Assembly: GCA_965223795.1 (NCBI GenBank)
Contig: CBDCXL010000002.1
Location: forward strand, 1,344,001-1,408,000
DNA: 64,000 bases
Reading direction: 5' to 3'
Source: Nitrospinales bacterium
Lineage (GTDB): Bacteria; Nitrospinota; Nitrospinia; Nitrospinales; VA-1
The translations under genes and the position numbers were made by a program. Shown piece after piece: positions 1-14,430 of the stretch. The notes beneath the pieces were generated by a model. The model worked only from the letters and a program-made list of their open reading frames with translations, did no database searches and was not told the DNA's origin. Each line of letters starts with the position of its first letter. The first letter of the stretch is position 1.

Positions 1-16
1 TTTGTAAGGGGAATGA

Positions 17-1264
<1,248 letters not shown>

Positions 1265-1266
1265 AC

Positions 1267-3680
<2,414 letters not shown>

Positions 3681-3684
<4 letters not shown>

Positions 3685-4127
3685 CCGGCTGCCGCCGGAG
3701 GGAAAAGGTCGCGCTTCTATTCCTGCCAAACGCAAGGCCAAGACCTGACAATCCGAAAAAGGCATACTGCCGGAGTCACCTTCCCTGCAAGCGGATGCTC
3801 TCCGCTGACCGGCTGCCGCCGGAGGGAAAAGGTCGCGCTTCTATTCCTGACAATCCGAAAAAGGCATACTGCCGGAGTCACCTTCCCTGCAAGCGGAGGC
3901 TCTCCGCTGACCGGCTGCCGCCGGAGGGAAAAGGTCGCGCTTCTATTCCTGACAATCCGAAAAAGGCATACTGCCGGAGTCACCTTCCCTGCAAGCGGAG
4001 GCTCTCCGCTGACCGGCTGCCGCCGGAGGGAAAAGGTCGCGCTTCTATTCCTGACAATCCGAAAAAGGCATACTGCCGGAGTCACCTTCCCTGCAAGCGG
4101 AGGCTCTCCGCTGACCGGCTGCCGCCG
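3681..4127 (+). repeat. Tandem array of a 102-bp unit (4 copies plus a 17-bp partial); member of a dispersed repeat family
   Basis: Units start CTGACCGGCTGCCGCCGG at 3681, 3805, 3907, 4009 and 4111. Copies 2-4 look identical; copy 1 has a 22-bp insertion and one substitution. Confidence 0.97.
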
Positions 4128-4151
4128 CAGTGGTGAGGCCGCAGTGGTGAG
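4124..4151 (+). repeat. 14-bp tandem duplication GCCGCAGTGGTGAG at the right end of the array
   Basis: Exact copies at 4124-4137 and 4138-4151. Confidence 0.9.
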
Positions 4152-4238
4152 GCAGCGCTCTCGAAAAACCCCGTCCTGCAAGATGAATTCTCCTGCGCGA
4201 ATTCTTCTGCGCGAGAGGTATCCCGGTTTTTCTATCGG

Positions 4239-5090
4239 CTATAAATCGGGGGACTCGTTTTCGTAGGGAGTTTCCTTGTCCTCTTTGAGGGCGAGGACGA
4301 AATAGTGTTCGTGGGTCAGCTGGCCGTTCACCGCATCGAGCAGCGTCGCCGCATCGGACAGAAATTTCGCGGAGCTGCCCTCGTCGACCGACCGCCCGGA
4401 AAGTTCCTCGTAGAAGTCGATCAGCGGTTCTGTCTGGACGATGAGGCGTTCGATGGACTGGAAATCGAGATCGCGTTTCTGGTTGTTCACGCGGTATTCG
4501 GCGTGCTCGATCCAGATGTCCACGTCGGCGGGAGGATTCCCCAGCTTCACCAGCTCGTCCTTGGCGGCATCGCGCCCGACGGCGGTCACTTTCTCGGAAA
4601 CGAAACGCGCCACGTTGTCCATGGGCAGCCCCTTGGCGGTCCGGCACAGGTGGCGGATGGCGAACACCATTTTGTTGAGGTTGCTGTCGAGCTGCATGCC
4701 GATGTCGGAATGGGGGCGCACCTCGGGAGAGCGCTCGAAGGTGTGCCACAGGCCTCCGGCTTTCTGCACGTCGGTCCGTTTCTGATCCAGCGGCTCAAGC
4801 CCGGCCAGGCAGGTGTCCGTGTCTTTCACTTTGCCGGTGACGCGGCTGTTGTCCACGGTGGTGAGCCGCTGCTTCAAGGTCTCGTCGAGAGGGATTTCGG
4901 CCTTCTGTTCTTCTTTGGGGTCCAGAATGGCGTCCTTGGTCTTTCTCACGGTCTCGGTGCGGACCCAGGTGTGCTCGCGCGGCGGCAGGCGCACGGCGGG
5001 TTCCTCGGTCACTTCCTGGGCGCACGCTGCCAGCAGGCCACAGGCTATGAGTGCCGCGCCGCTCAGCGCGACGGCGTTTCGCATCAACAT
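4239..5090 (-). CDS. Hypothetical lipoprotein
   Basis: Signal peptide with lipobox LLAAC and a helical soluble body. Start at 5090 fits GAGG spacing (5096 and 5084 are alternatives). Confidence 0.75.
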   Translation of the reverse strand: MLMRNAVALSGAALIACGLLAACAQEVTEEPAVRLPPREHTWVRTETVRKTKDAILDPKEEQKAEIPLDETLKQRLTTVDNSRVTGKVKDTDTCLAGLEPLDQKRTDVQKAGGLWHTFERSPEVRPHSDIGMQLDSNLNKMVFAIRHLCRTAKGLPMDNVARFVSEKVTAVGRDAAKDELVKLGNPPADVDIWIEHAEYRVNNQKRDLDFQSIERLIVQTEPLIDFYEELSGRSVDEGSSAKFLSDAATLLDAVNGQLTHEHYFVLALKEDKETPYENESPDL

Positions 5091-5350
5091 GCTCATCCTC
5101 GTTGCGGTCCGTAATGGGTGTCTTCTTGTTATACACCAATCACTCGTTTTGTGCAGTGACCGGGATGGTTTTTTTCACGACACCTCTCTCCCCTGGCCGC
5201 GCGCGTCCGCTTTCTCCTTGAATTCATGGCGTTTGCATATTGCGCGGCGGGATTGCGGCGGACATTCGAACGGCGATGATTTCAAACTTTAGTAAACCGG
5301 CCGCAAGGCCGATAGGTACGAAAACGCTGTGTTTTGTCGAACTCATGCCG

Positions 5351-5902
5351 ATGCGAATCCTCCTTTCACTGTCATTCATCATTTTCGCCCTCACTGCCTG
5401 CGAAGTGAAGCTGGGCCCTTCGGACATCTGGTCCAAGTGGTTCAAAACGCAGACCGACTCCACCTATTACCAGGAAAAGGCGGAGGAGCTGGTCAAGGAC
5501 ATTTCCCAGGACAGCCTGGAATACGAAATCAACAAGGTGGCGGTGATCGATCTGGTCAACGACAAGGGCAAGGCGCCGGTTCTGGGCGACTACCTGTCCT
5601 CGCGGGTGATCGAGGCGATCGCGCGCAAGCGGGTGTTTCGCGTCGCGCAGAAGGGGGAGGTGCGGGATGTGCTCACGCAGCTCAACCTGCCCGCTTCGTT
5701 TTCCTACACGCGCGGGGAGTTGAAAAGCCTGGGTTCGGCGCTCAACTCGCAGGCCATCGTGACGGGCAAGTTCACCGACCTCGGCACCAACCTCGATGTC
5801 CACCTGACGCTGATCGACGTGGTCAGCGGCGAGGTGATCGCCTCTTCCACGGAACCGCTCACACGCACGAAGTTCGCTGTGGAAATGCTGCGCCACTACT
5901 GA
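5351..5902 (+). CDS. FlgO/CsgG-like domain lipoprotein
   Basis: Lipobox ALTAC after MRILLSLSFIIF; body KVAVIDLV...LGDYLS...AIVTG...LIDVVSGEVIAS resembles FlgO/CsgG. The track start at 5240 is probably too long. Confidence 0.7.
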   Translation: MRILLSLSFIIFALTACEVKLGPSDIWSKWFKTQTDSTYYQEKAEELVKDISQDSLEYEINKVAVIDLVNDKGKAPVLGDYLSSRVIEAIARKRVFRVAQKGEVRDVLTQLNLPASFSYTRGELKSLGSALNSQAIVTGKFTDLGTNLDVHLTLIDVVSGEVIASSTEPLTRTKFAVEMLRHY

Positions 5903-6019
5903 CCGGGTTCCACCGGGTCCCACCCGGTGGGTGCAGGTCGCACTTTCATTCCAGACTCTCTGACACAGGCATACTGCATTTACCGTCTTCACTTCTGAGC
6001 GAAAATCTCCCCTGACGGG
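5899..6019 (+). repeat. Single diverged copy of the ~100-bp post-stop-codon repeat family
   Basis: CTGACCGG overlaps the TGA; hairpin CCACCGGG-TCCCA-CCCGGTGG (5910-5930); GGTC-N28-GGCATACTGC; ends CCCTGACGGG. Confidence 0.8.
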
Positions 6020-6070
6020 TTAGTTACCTCAAATTCAATCAAGCACGGAAAAAAAGGAAGCGGGGTTTCA

Positions 6071-8035
6071 TCAGGCTTCTTCTTCGGCGAGGGCGTTTTT
6101 GTAGCGGGACAGCGCCATGAGGGGGAAGTAGTGCTGGTACATGTGGTATTTGATGAAGAAGTGCTGCGGAAAGCCGGTGCCGGTGAACTGATCCTCCGAC
6201 CAGCTGCCTTGCTCGTTCTGCCGTTCGAGCAAATAGCGGGCGCCGCCGAACGCCGCCGGATGCCGGGCTTTGCCCGCGGCCACCAGACCCAGCAGCGCCC
6301 ACGCGGTCTGCGAGGCGGTGCTCTCGCCCTTGCCGCGCAGGGTGGGGTCGGCGTAGCTTTCGCAGGTCTCGCCCCAGCCGCCGTCATCGTTCTGGTGCGC
6401 TTCCAGCCAGGCGACGGCTTTGCCGATGCGGGGATGGTCCCGGTTCTCTCCCATGGAGCGGAGCCCGTTTAGAGCGAGGAAGGTGCCGTAGATGTAGTTG
6501 ACGCCCCAGCGTCCCCACCAGCAGCCGTCGGGCTCCTGCCGCTCAAGCACGAAATTCAGCGCTTTTTTCACCTGCGGATGCGCGCGGTCGAACCCGAGCC
6601 GTCCCAGGCACCACAGGATGCGGCTGGACACGTCCACGGTGGGCGGGTCCAGCAGCGCCTTGTGGTCGGCGAACGGCACTTCGTTGAAAATTTCTTTATC
6701 GTTGTCGATGTCGAACGCGCCCCAGCCGCCGTTTTGGCTCTGCATGCTCAACAGCCAGCTGAGCGCCCGCTGGCTTTCCTTGAGCTTGAAGCGCACGTCC
6801 GGCAGTTTAAGCCGGTCCAGCGCGATGAGGATCTCGGCGGTGTCGTCGGTGTCGGGGTAGCCTTCGTTGTAAAACTCGAACGCCCAGCCGCCCGGTTCGG
6901 GGTGCGGGTTTTTCACCTGCCAGTCGCCCGGCTTGACGATCTGCTTGCTCAGGATCCACTCTCCCGCCCGCACCAGGTCGGGGTGATCGGCGGGCATGCC
7001 GGAATCCAGCAATGCGTTGAGGGTGATGGCGGTGTCCCACAGCGGCGACACGCAGGCCTGAAAGTTCAGGCACTCGCCTTCGTCGATGATGAACCGCTCG
7101 ATCGCTTCCATGCCCTTGACGCAGGCGGGGTCGTCCTTGGGGTAGCCCAGGTGGTGCAGCGCCAAAAGCGAATTGAGCATGGCGGGCTGGATGCCGGCGA
7201 AGTCGCCTTCGTCCTCCTGGTGATCGAGAATCCACCGTTCGGCCTTTTTGAGTGCCAGGCGGCGGAACGGTTTGACGGGGGATTTTCCCAGCCATTTGAA
7301 AAACCGGTCGAGGTGGATGAAAAAGTTCTTCCAGGAGCTGAACAGGCCGCCGTCGGGATGGAAGCCGAGATCGGCGTCGCTTTCGCGGAACAGTTCTTTA
7401 ATGTCCCTGCCTTCCGGCAGACGGTGCACGGGCTTGTGCGCCAGCACCACGGATAGCGGCACCACGGTGCCGCGCGACCAGCTTGAGATTTCGTAGATGT
7501 TGATCCCCAGCCAGTTGGGCAGCAGCACGAATTCCACGGGCACCGCCGGCGGCACGTCCCAGGGAATCTGCCCGAACAGGGCGAGAAAGATTTTGGTGAA
7601 CACGCGGGTCTTTTTGATGCCGCCGTTGGCCCACACGGCCTCGCGGGCTTTCACCATCGCCGGATGGTCCGCCGGGTAGCCCGCGATCTTGAGCGCGAAA
7701 TAGCTTTCCACTGTGGAGTTGATGTCGCAGGGGCCGCCGTGGTACAGGGGCCAGCTGCCGTCCTCGCGCTGTTTCTTGAGCAGGTAGTTGGCGAATTTTT
7801 CCTGCTTGTCCAGGTCCACGCGGTCGGTGAAGTGCATGAAAAAGATCAGCTCCGCCGTGATGGTGGCGTTGGATTCGAGTTCGTCCACCCAATACCCGGC
7901 CCCGCTCTGGCGGGACAATAAAAAGCGCCGCGATCGTTCGATGCCCTCCTCGAGCAGGGTGCGGAACTGGGGATCTTTTCGGGTTTCGGGTCCGGCCTCG
8001 GTCTGCTGGGTCCCGGAAGGGGTCAACTCGTTCAT
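6071..8035 (-). CDS. shc: Squalene-hopene cyclase
   Basis: DXDD motif PDTDDTAE, multiple QW repeats (QREDGSW, QNDDGGW), WGVNYIYGT and FTGTGFP. Start set at MNELT. Confidence 0.96.
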   Translation of the reverse strand: MNELTPSGTQQTEAGPETRKDPQFRTLLEEGIERSRRFLLSRQSGAGYWVDELESNATITAELIFFMHFTDRVDLDKQEKFANYLLKKQREDGSWPLYHGGPCDINSTVESYFALKIAGYPADHPAMVKAREAVWANGGIKKTRVFTKIFLALFGQIPWDVPPAVPVEFVLLPNWLGINIYEISSWSRGTVVPLSVVLAHKPVHRLPEGRDIKELFRESDADLGFHPDGGLFSSWKNFFIHLDRFFKWLGKSPVKPFRRLALKKAERWILDHQEDEGDFAGIQPAMLNSLLALHHLGYPKDDPACVKGMEAIERFIIDEGECLNFQACVSPLWDTAITLNALLDSGMPADHPDLVRAGEWILSKQIVKPGDWQVKNPHPEPGGWAFEFYNEGYPDTDDTAEILIALDRLKLPDVRFKLKESQRALSWLLSMQSQNGGWGAFDIDNDKEIFNEVPFADHKALLDPPTVDVSSRILWCLGRLGFDRAHPQVKKALNFVLERQEPDGCWWGRWGVNYIYGTFLALNGLRSMGENRDHPRIGKAVAWLEAHQNDDGGWGETCESYADPTLRGKGESTASQTAWALLGLVAAGKARHPAAFGGARYLLERQNEQGSWSEDQFTGTGFPQHFFIKYHMYQHYFPLMALSRYKNALAEEEA

Positions 8036-8205
8036 GGATGCCTTTGCGGTTGAATTTGCACAGCCGATAAAATATATCATTTCCCGGCCAAAAGCACACG
8101 ACTTTGCGCGGCGCCGGGTTCACGGGCCGGGGGCCCTCACACCATGCGGCACGCGGGGTGCTTGCCGCTGTTTGCCGCCGGGGATATCGGCCTGCTAATA
8201 ATTGT

Positions 8206-8234
8206 TTGACAAAAAGGGCCCGAATCCCTAGTAT
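8206..8234 (+). promoter_or_regulatory. Sigma70 promoter for rplM-rpsI
   Basis: TTGACA-N17-TAGTAT about 50 bp upstream of the rplM ATG. Confidence 0.75.
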
Positions 8235-8282
8235 TGAGGGTTTACGAAACCCGATGCAACGATCCTGAAACAGAAAGAACCC

Positions 8283-8711
8283 ATGAAAACCTATTCGGCG
8301 AAAAAAGGCACCGTGGATAAAAAATGGGTGCTCATCGACGCGGCGGATCAGTCGCTGGGCCGGGTGGCCAGCAAGGCGGCGGCGATTATCCGCGGCAAGA
8401 CCAAACCCATTTTCACCCCGCATGTGGACACGGGCGACAACGTCATCATCATCAACGCGGCCAAGGTCCGGTTGAGCGGCAAAAAATGGGACCAGAAAAT
8501 CTATTACCACCACAGCGGCTACCCCGGCGGAATCAAATCGACCACCGCCCAGGAGATCCGCGAAAAGCGGCCGTCCAACCTGTTGAAAAAAGCCATCACC
8601 GGCATGCTGCCGAAAAACCGGCTGGGGCGATCCCTGCACAGCAATTTCCGGATTTACGACGATGCGGCGCATCCGCACGTCGGGCAGAAACCGGAAACGG
8701 TGACGCTGTGA
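8283..8711 (+). CDS. rplM: 50S ribosomal protein L13
   Basis: LGRVAS...KPIFTPHVDTGD...YYHHSGYPGG...GMLPKNRLGR. Confidence 0.98.
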   Translation: MKTYSAKKGTVDKKWVLIDAADQSLGRVASKAAAIIRGKTKPIFTPHVDTGDNVIIINAAKVRLSGKKWDQKIYYHHSGYPGGIKSTTAQEIREKRPSNLLKKAITGMLPKNRLGRSLHSNFRIYDDAAHPHVGQKPETVTL

Positions 8712-8769
8712 GCCGGATTTCCCAGACCCATAAACCCATTCTCGCCGAATACAGATAAGGAGCAGATTC

Positions 8770-9168
8770 ATGGAGGTTGTCGTTGAAAAGTTTTACGCCA
8801 CGGGCAAGCGGAAGGAATCGATCGCCAAAGTCTGGCTGGAGCCGGGCGACGGCAAGGTCACGGTGAACAAGCGGGACATCCACGATTATTTCAAACGGGA
8901 AAGCCTGGAACGCACCGTGAAGCAGCCGCTCATCCTCACCGACACCCTCGAAACCCTGGACGTGATCGCCACGGTGCGCGGCGGCGGGCTGTCCGGCCAG
9001 TCCGGCGCTCTGAGGCTCGGCATCGCCCGGGCGCTGATCGAGAGCAATGCGGATCTGCGCTCCAAGCTCAAGGCCGCCGGTTTTCTGACCCGCGACTCCC
9101 GCGAAGTGGAGCGTAAAAAATACGGCCGTCCCGGCGCGCGTAAAAAGTTTCAGTTCTCCAAGCGTTGA
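8770..9168 (+). CDS. rpsI: 30S ribosomal protein S9
   Basis: ATGKRK, GGGLSGQ and C-terminal ERKKYG...QFSKR. Confidence 0.98.
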   Translation: MEVVVEKFYATGKRKESIAKVWLEPGDGKVTVNKRDIHDYFKRESLERTVKQPLILTDTLETLDVIATVRGGGLSGQSGALRLGIARALIESNADLRSKLKAAGFLTRDSREVERKKYGRPGARKKFQFSKR

Positions 9169-9261
9169 TCGTTATTTCTTCTTTACGAATCCTGCGCCGG
9201 GAGAGTTTCCGGTGTTTCAGGATCTCCCCGCGCTTTATTTTCCCTTAATTCCATCCTTGCC

Positions 9262-10299
9262 ATGACAAACGTCGGCATTGCAGGCGCAAGCGGCTACACG
9301 GGCCTGGAGCTGGTGCGGCTTCTGCTCAGGCACCCGAAGGTGACGCTTTCGGTTGTGACTTCGGAGACCTACCAGGGCAAAGCGCTGAGCGCGGTGTTCC
9401 CGGCTTTCGGCAAACAGACGGCGCTGTCCTTCGTGCCGTTGAGCGTGGAGGCGGTGCGCGGGCTGGATGTGCTGTTTCTCGCCCTGCCCCACACCACGGC
9501 GATCGACAGGGTGCCGGAGTTTCTCGACGCGGGCCTCAAGGTGATCGACCTGAGCGCCGATTACCGCCTCGCCTCGGCCGATGTGTTTGCCCAGTGGTAC
9601 AAGGTGCCGCACACGCAACCGGACACGCTCAAACGCGCGGTGTACGGCCTGCCGGAGCTGCATCGGGAACGCATCCGGGAAGCCCGGCTTGTGGCCAATC
9701 CGGGCTGCTACCCCACGGGGGCGATCCTGGCGCTGGCGCCGCTGATGGTCTCGGGCTGGATCGATGCGGACTCGATCGTCGCCGACTGCAAGTCGGGCGT
9801 CTCGGGCGCCGGCAGAAAACCCTCGCTGACGACGCAGTTCGCCGAGTGCAACGAAGCGGTGTCCGCCTACAGCCTGACGACGCACCGGCACACGCCGGAG
9901 ATCGAGCAGGAGCTTTCCGGGCTGGCGGACAAGCCGGTGCGGATCTCGTTTTCGCCGCACCTGATGCCGATGACGCGCGGGCTGCTGAGCACGGTGTACG
10001 CGCGCACGCAAGCCGGGCTGGCGTATTCGGATGTGCTGAACGCATACAAAAAATTTTACAAGGACGCGCCGTTCGTGCGGTTTCTGGAGGAAGGCACGTT
10101 CGCCAGCACGCACCACGTCGCCGGTTCGAACTACTGCGACCTGGGCCTTGCGGTCGACGCGCGCACGGACCGGATCGTCGTCACCAGCGCCATCGACAAT
10201 CTGGTGAAGGGCGCCGCCGGGCAGGCGGTGCAGAACCTGAACCTGATGCTGGGCTTTGAGGAAACCACGGCGCTGGAATTTCCCGGAATCTTCCCCTGA
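9262..10299 (+). CDS. argC: N-acetyl-gamma-glutamyl-phosphate reductase
   Basis: GASGYTG, ANPGCYPT, SGVSGAG and DNLVKGAAGQAVQN. Confidence 0.97.
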   Translation: MTNVGIAGASGYTGLELVRLLLRHPKVTLSVVTSETYQGKALSAVFPAFGKQTALSFVPLSVEAVRGLDVLFLALPHTTAIDRVPEFLDAGLKVIDLSADYRLASADVFAQWYKVPHTQPDTLKRAVYGLPELHRERIREARLVANPGCYPTGAILALAPLMVSGWIDADSIVADCKSGVSGAGRKPSLTTQFAECNEAVSAYSLTTHRHTPEIEQELSGLADKPVRISFSPHLMPMTRGLLSTVYARTQAGLAYSDVLNAYKKFYKDAPFVRFLEEGTFASTHHVAGSNYCDLGLAVDARTDRIVVTSAIDNLVKGAAGQAVQNLNLMLGFEETTALEFPGIFP

Positions 10300-10300
10300 C

Positions 10301-11518
10301 ATGACTCGCGACGCTTCCACAACGCGCCTGCCGCAGGTGCCCGGCTTTCAGGCGGCGGGCCTGCACTGCGGCATCAAACCGAAAACGGACAAGGACCTGG
10401 CGCTCATCGTCTCGGAGGTCCCCGCCACGGCGGCCGGGGTGTTCACGCGCAACCGGGTGGTGTCTCCCAGTGTGGTGTGGAGCCAGCGGGCGCTGAAAAA
10501 GAACGACCGCGTGCGGGCGGTGCTGGTCAACAGCGGCAACGCCAACGCCTGCGTCGGTCCGCGGGGAATGAAGCACTGCCAGACGCTTGCCAGGCTCACG
10601 GCGGCGGAACTGGGCATCGCCCCCCACGAAGTGCTGATCGCCTCGACGGGGGTGATCGGCGTGCCGCTGCCCATCGACACGGTGACGCGCGGCCTGCCGC
10701 AGCTCACGCAGTCGCTTTCCTCCAAGGCCGAGGCCTGGAAGGATGCGGCGGACGCGATCCTGACGACGGATCTGGTCGCCAAGACGGCGGTGCTCGATTT
10801 CAAGCTGAAACAAAAAAACGTCGTGATCGGCGGCCTCTGCAAGGGATCGGGCATGATCCATCCCGATATGGCGACGATGCTGGCGTTCGTGCACACCGAC
10901 GCCGCGGTTTCGCCGGAGGCGCTCAGGCAGGCGCTGGCGCGCGCGAACGCGGTTTCCTTCAACAGCATCACGGTGGACGGCGACACCTCGACCAACGACT
11001 GCGCGTTCGTGCTGGCCAACGGTCAGGCGGACAACCCGCCGATCCTTCCCGATACGAAAGAATACGATCTGTTCGTCGAAGCGCTGATCCAGGTGTGCCG
11101 CAGCCTGGCGGTGCAGATCGTGCGCGACGGCGAAGGCGCCACGAAATTCGTGACGGTACAGGTGACCGGCGCACGCACGGAAACGCACGCGACGCAAATC
11201 GCCAAAACCGTGGCGTCCTCGTCTCTGGTCAAGACCGCCCTGTTCGGCGAGGACCCCAACTGGGGCCGCATCCTGGCCGCGGTGGGTTACGCCGGGGTGC
11301 CGGTGAACGCGGACAGGCTCTCCATCTCGGTCAACGGCGCGCTGCTGTTCAAAAACGGCACGCCCGCCCAGGACGCGCCGGAAACGCTGCGCCACAAGAT
11401 GCAGAGCCAGTCTCTGCTGATCGCCATCGATCTCAACAACGGCGACGCGCGCGCCGAGGTCTACACCTGCGACCTGTCCTACGACTACATCCGCATCAAC
11501 GCCGAATACACCACCTGA
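10301..11518 (+). CDS. argJ: Bifunctional ornithine acetyltransferase/N-acetylglutamate synthase
   Basis: NSGNANAC, KGSGMIHPDMATML, DGDTSTND, DGEGATK and INAEYTT; ATG just after the argC stop. Confidence 0.97.
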   Translation: MTRDASTTRLPQVPGFQAAGLHCGIKPKTDKDLALIVSEVPATAAGVFTRNRVVSPSVVWSQRALKKNDRVRAVLVNSGNANACVGPRGMKHCQTLARLTAAELGIAPHEVLIASTGVIGVPLPIDTVTRGLPQLTQSLSSKAEAWKDAADAILTTDLVAKTAVLDFKLKQKNVVIGGLCKGSGMIHPDMATMLAFVHTDAAVSPEALRQALARANAVSFNSITVDGDTSTNDCAFVLANGQADNPPILPDTKEYDLFVEALIQVCRSLAVQIVRDGEGATKFVTVQVTGARTETHATQIAKTVASSSLVKTALFGEDPNWGRILAAVGYAGVPVNADRLSISVNGALLFKNGTPAQDAPETLRHKMQSQSLLIAIDLNNGDARAEVYTCDLSYDYIRINAEYTT

Positions 11519-11734
11519 CCGGGCCCCGCCCGGTGGGAAAAGGTCCAACCGCATCAAGCAAACGAACTTGAATCGGCACACTGCTGGTGTCCCCTGTCTT
11601 GCCAGCGGAGGCACTCCGCCGGCCCACGGCCGGTGGGAATGGGTCGATCCTTCAATTGCTGACGATCGTCAAAGGGCATACGACCCAATTCCTCTGCCTA
11701 GCCTGCGGAGGCAGGTCGATCTTTCCCTGACGGG
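11515..11734 (+). repeat. Two diverged tandem copies of the ~100-bp post-stop-codon repeat family
   Basis: CTGACCGGGCCCCGCCCGGTGGGAAAAGGTC-N29-GGCACACTGC...GCGGAGGC, then CCGGCCCACGGCCGGTGGGAATGGGTC-N29-GGCATAC...GCGGAGGC. Confidence 0.85.
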
Positions 11735-11985
11735 CAATCTTTCAATGCCCGGCTTTTGCCTTTGGTTCCTTTGTGAGCCCGGTCACACGGTGTGCCGCGC
11801 CCTGCAAAGGGCCGAAATTCCAATCGGTTGTCCCTGCTCGGCAGCCGGTGCCCTGAAATTTCTCCGGGTCCGGGGAGGTATTTGCCATGACAATTTTCTG
11901 TCGATGGTTTAGAATTTCCCGATAGCCCTTTTTAATCAATTCCATTGCAAACGCAACGCGTTTCGCCGAAGGTGCCTCTTAAGCC

Positions 11986-12507
11986 TTGTCCATTCTAACC
12001 ATACGCAATTGTCTCGACCCGGTTCTCCGTAAAAAAAGCCTGCCGGTGGAAAACATCGACGGCGACCTGGTGGCCCTGTCCCAGGACATGATCGAAACGA
12101 CTCTGGACGCCAAGGGGGCGGGGCTCGCGGCCAATCAGATCGGCATTCCTCACAGCCTGTTCGTGGTGGATCTGGGCATCGAGAAGGAGGAGCGCAATCT
12201 GATCACGGTGGTCAACCCGGTGATCACGGCGATGGAAGGCGAGGAGATCGCGGAAGAGGGATGCCTGAGCATTCCGGACGTGTTCGCGGAGATCAAGCGC
12301 GCCCAGAAGGTCGAGCTCAAAGGCTACGATCTCAACGGCAATGAGGTGCGCTATGAGGCGGAGGGCTACCTGGCGCGCGCGTTCCAGCACGAGATGGACC
12401 ACCTGAACGGCAGCCTGTTCTGGGACAACATGGGCAAGGCGAAACGGGACATCCTGCAGCGCAAGTTCAAAAAGAAACTCAAGGAGATGAAAGAGAAGGA
12501 AGCATGA
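11986..12507 (+). CDS. def: Peptide deformylase
   Basis: GAGLAANQIG, EGCLS and QHEMDHLNG motifs; TTG start. Confidence 0.97.
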   Translation: MSILTIRNCLDPVLRKKSLPVENIDGDLVALSQDMIETTLDAKGAGLAANQIGIPHSLFVVDLGIEKEERNLITVVNPVITAMEGEEIAEEGCLSIPDVFAEIKRAQKVELKGYDLNGNEVRYEAEGYLARAFQHEMDHLNGSLFWDNMGKAKRDILQRKFKKKLKEMKEKEA

Positions 12508-13460
12508 AAATCGTTTTTATGGGTACCCCCGCGTTCGCCCTCCCCACGCTGGCAAATCTGGAATCCTCCCAACATGAAATTGTGAGCGTCGTGACGCAGC
12601 CGGACCGGCCGCGCGGACGCGGCCGGGAGGTGTCGTTCTCTCCGGTGAAAGCCTTCGCCGTCGAGAAGGGCCTGCCGGTGCTGCAGCCGGAAAAGGCGCG
12701 CGCGCCGGAGTTCATCGATAAGATCCGCGCGCTGGAGCCGGATCTCATCGTGGTCGTCGCCTACGGGCAGATCCTCAAGCAGGCGCTGCTCGACATTCCC
12801 AGGCATTTCTGCATGAACCTGCACTCCTCGCTGCTGCCGAAGTACCGCGGCGCGGCGCCGATCAACTGGGCGATCATCAACGGCGATGCGGAAACGGGCG
12901 TGACGACGATGAAGATGGACGCGGGCATGGACACGGGCGACATGCTGCTCACGAAAACCGTTCCCATTCGCGATCAAGACACGGCCGCCACGCTGCACGA
13001 CGCGCTGGCGCAGGCGGGCGGCGGCCTGGTGCTGGAGACGATCGCCAAGCTGGAAGCGGGGACGCTGACGCCGATTGAGCAGGATCACGACCGGGCGACG
13101 CTGGCTCCCAAGCTGAAAAAGGAGGACGGGCTCATCGACTGGTCCAGGGACGCAGAGACGCTGCGCAACCTGGTGCGCGGCCTGGACCCGTGGCCGGGGG
13201 CGTTCACGTTTCACGACACGCAAAGGCTTCGGATCTGCGCGGTGGAAACCGCTCCCGGCGGCACGGGCGAAACGCCGGGGGAGATCGTGCGCATCACCGA
13301 CCACGGGATCGAAGCGGCGACCGGGCAAGGCCGGCTGGTGATCACGGAACTGCAGCCGGAAGGGAAAAAGCGAATGCCCGTCAAAAGTTATCTCGCGGGA
13401 AACCGCATGGAAAAGGGAACCCGGTTTCTTGCCCAACCGAAAGCGGCGCCCACCGTTTAA
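12504..13460 (+). CDS. fmt: Methionyl-tRNA formyltransferase
   Basis: FMGTPAFA, TQPDRP, NLHSSLLPKYRGAAPI; overlaps the def stop. Confidence 0.97.
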   Translation: MKIVFMGTPAFALPTLANLESSQHEIVSVVTQPDRPRGRGREVSFSPVKAFAVEKGLPVLQPEKARAPEFIDKIRALEPDLIVVVAYGQILKQALLDIPRHFCMNLHSSLLPKYRGAAPINWAIINGDAETGVTTMKMDAGMDTGDMLLTKTVPIRDQDTAATLHDALAQAGGGLVLETIAKLEAGTLTPIEQDHDRATLAPKLKKEDGLIDWSRDAETLRNLVRGLDPWPGAFTFHDTQRLRICAVETAPGGTGETPGEIVRITDHGIEAATGQGRLVITELQPEGKKRMPVKSYLAGNRMEKGTRFLAQPKAAPTV

Positions 13461-13481
13461 CATTTCACCATAGAGGAATCG

Positions 13482-14417
<936 letters not shown>

Positions 14418-14430
14418 CGGCCGGCCCGCT

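Noticed and set aside
11568..11945. Short ORFs between argJ and def
   Set aside because: They overlap repeat copies or the def upstream region and show no convincing RBS or domain.
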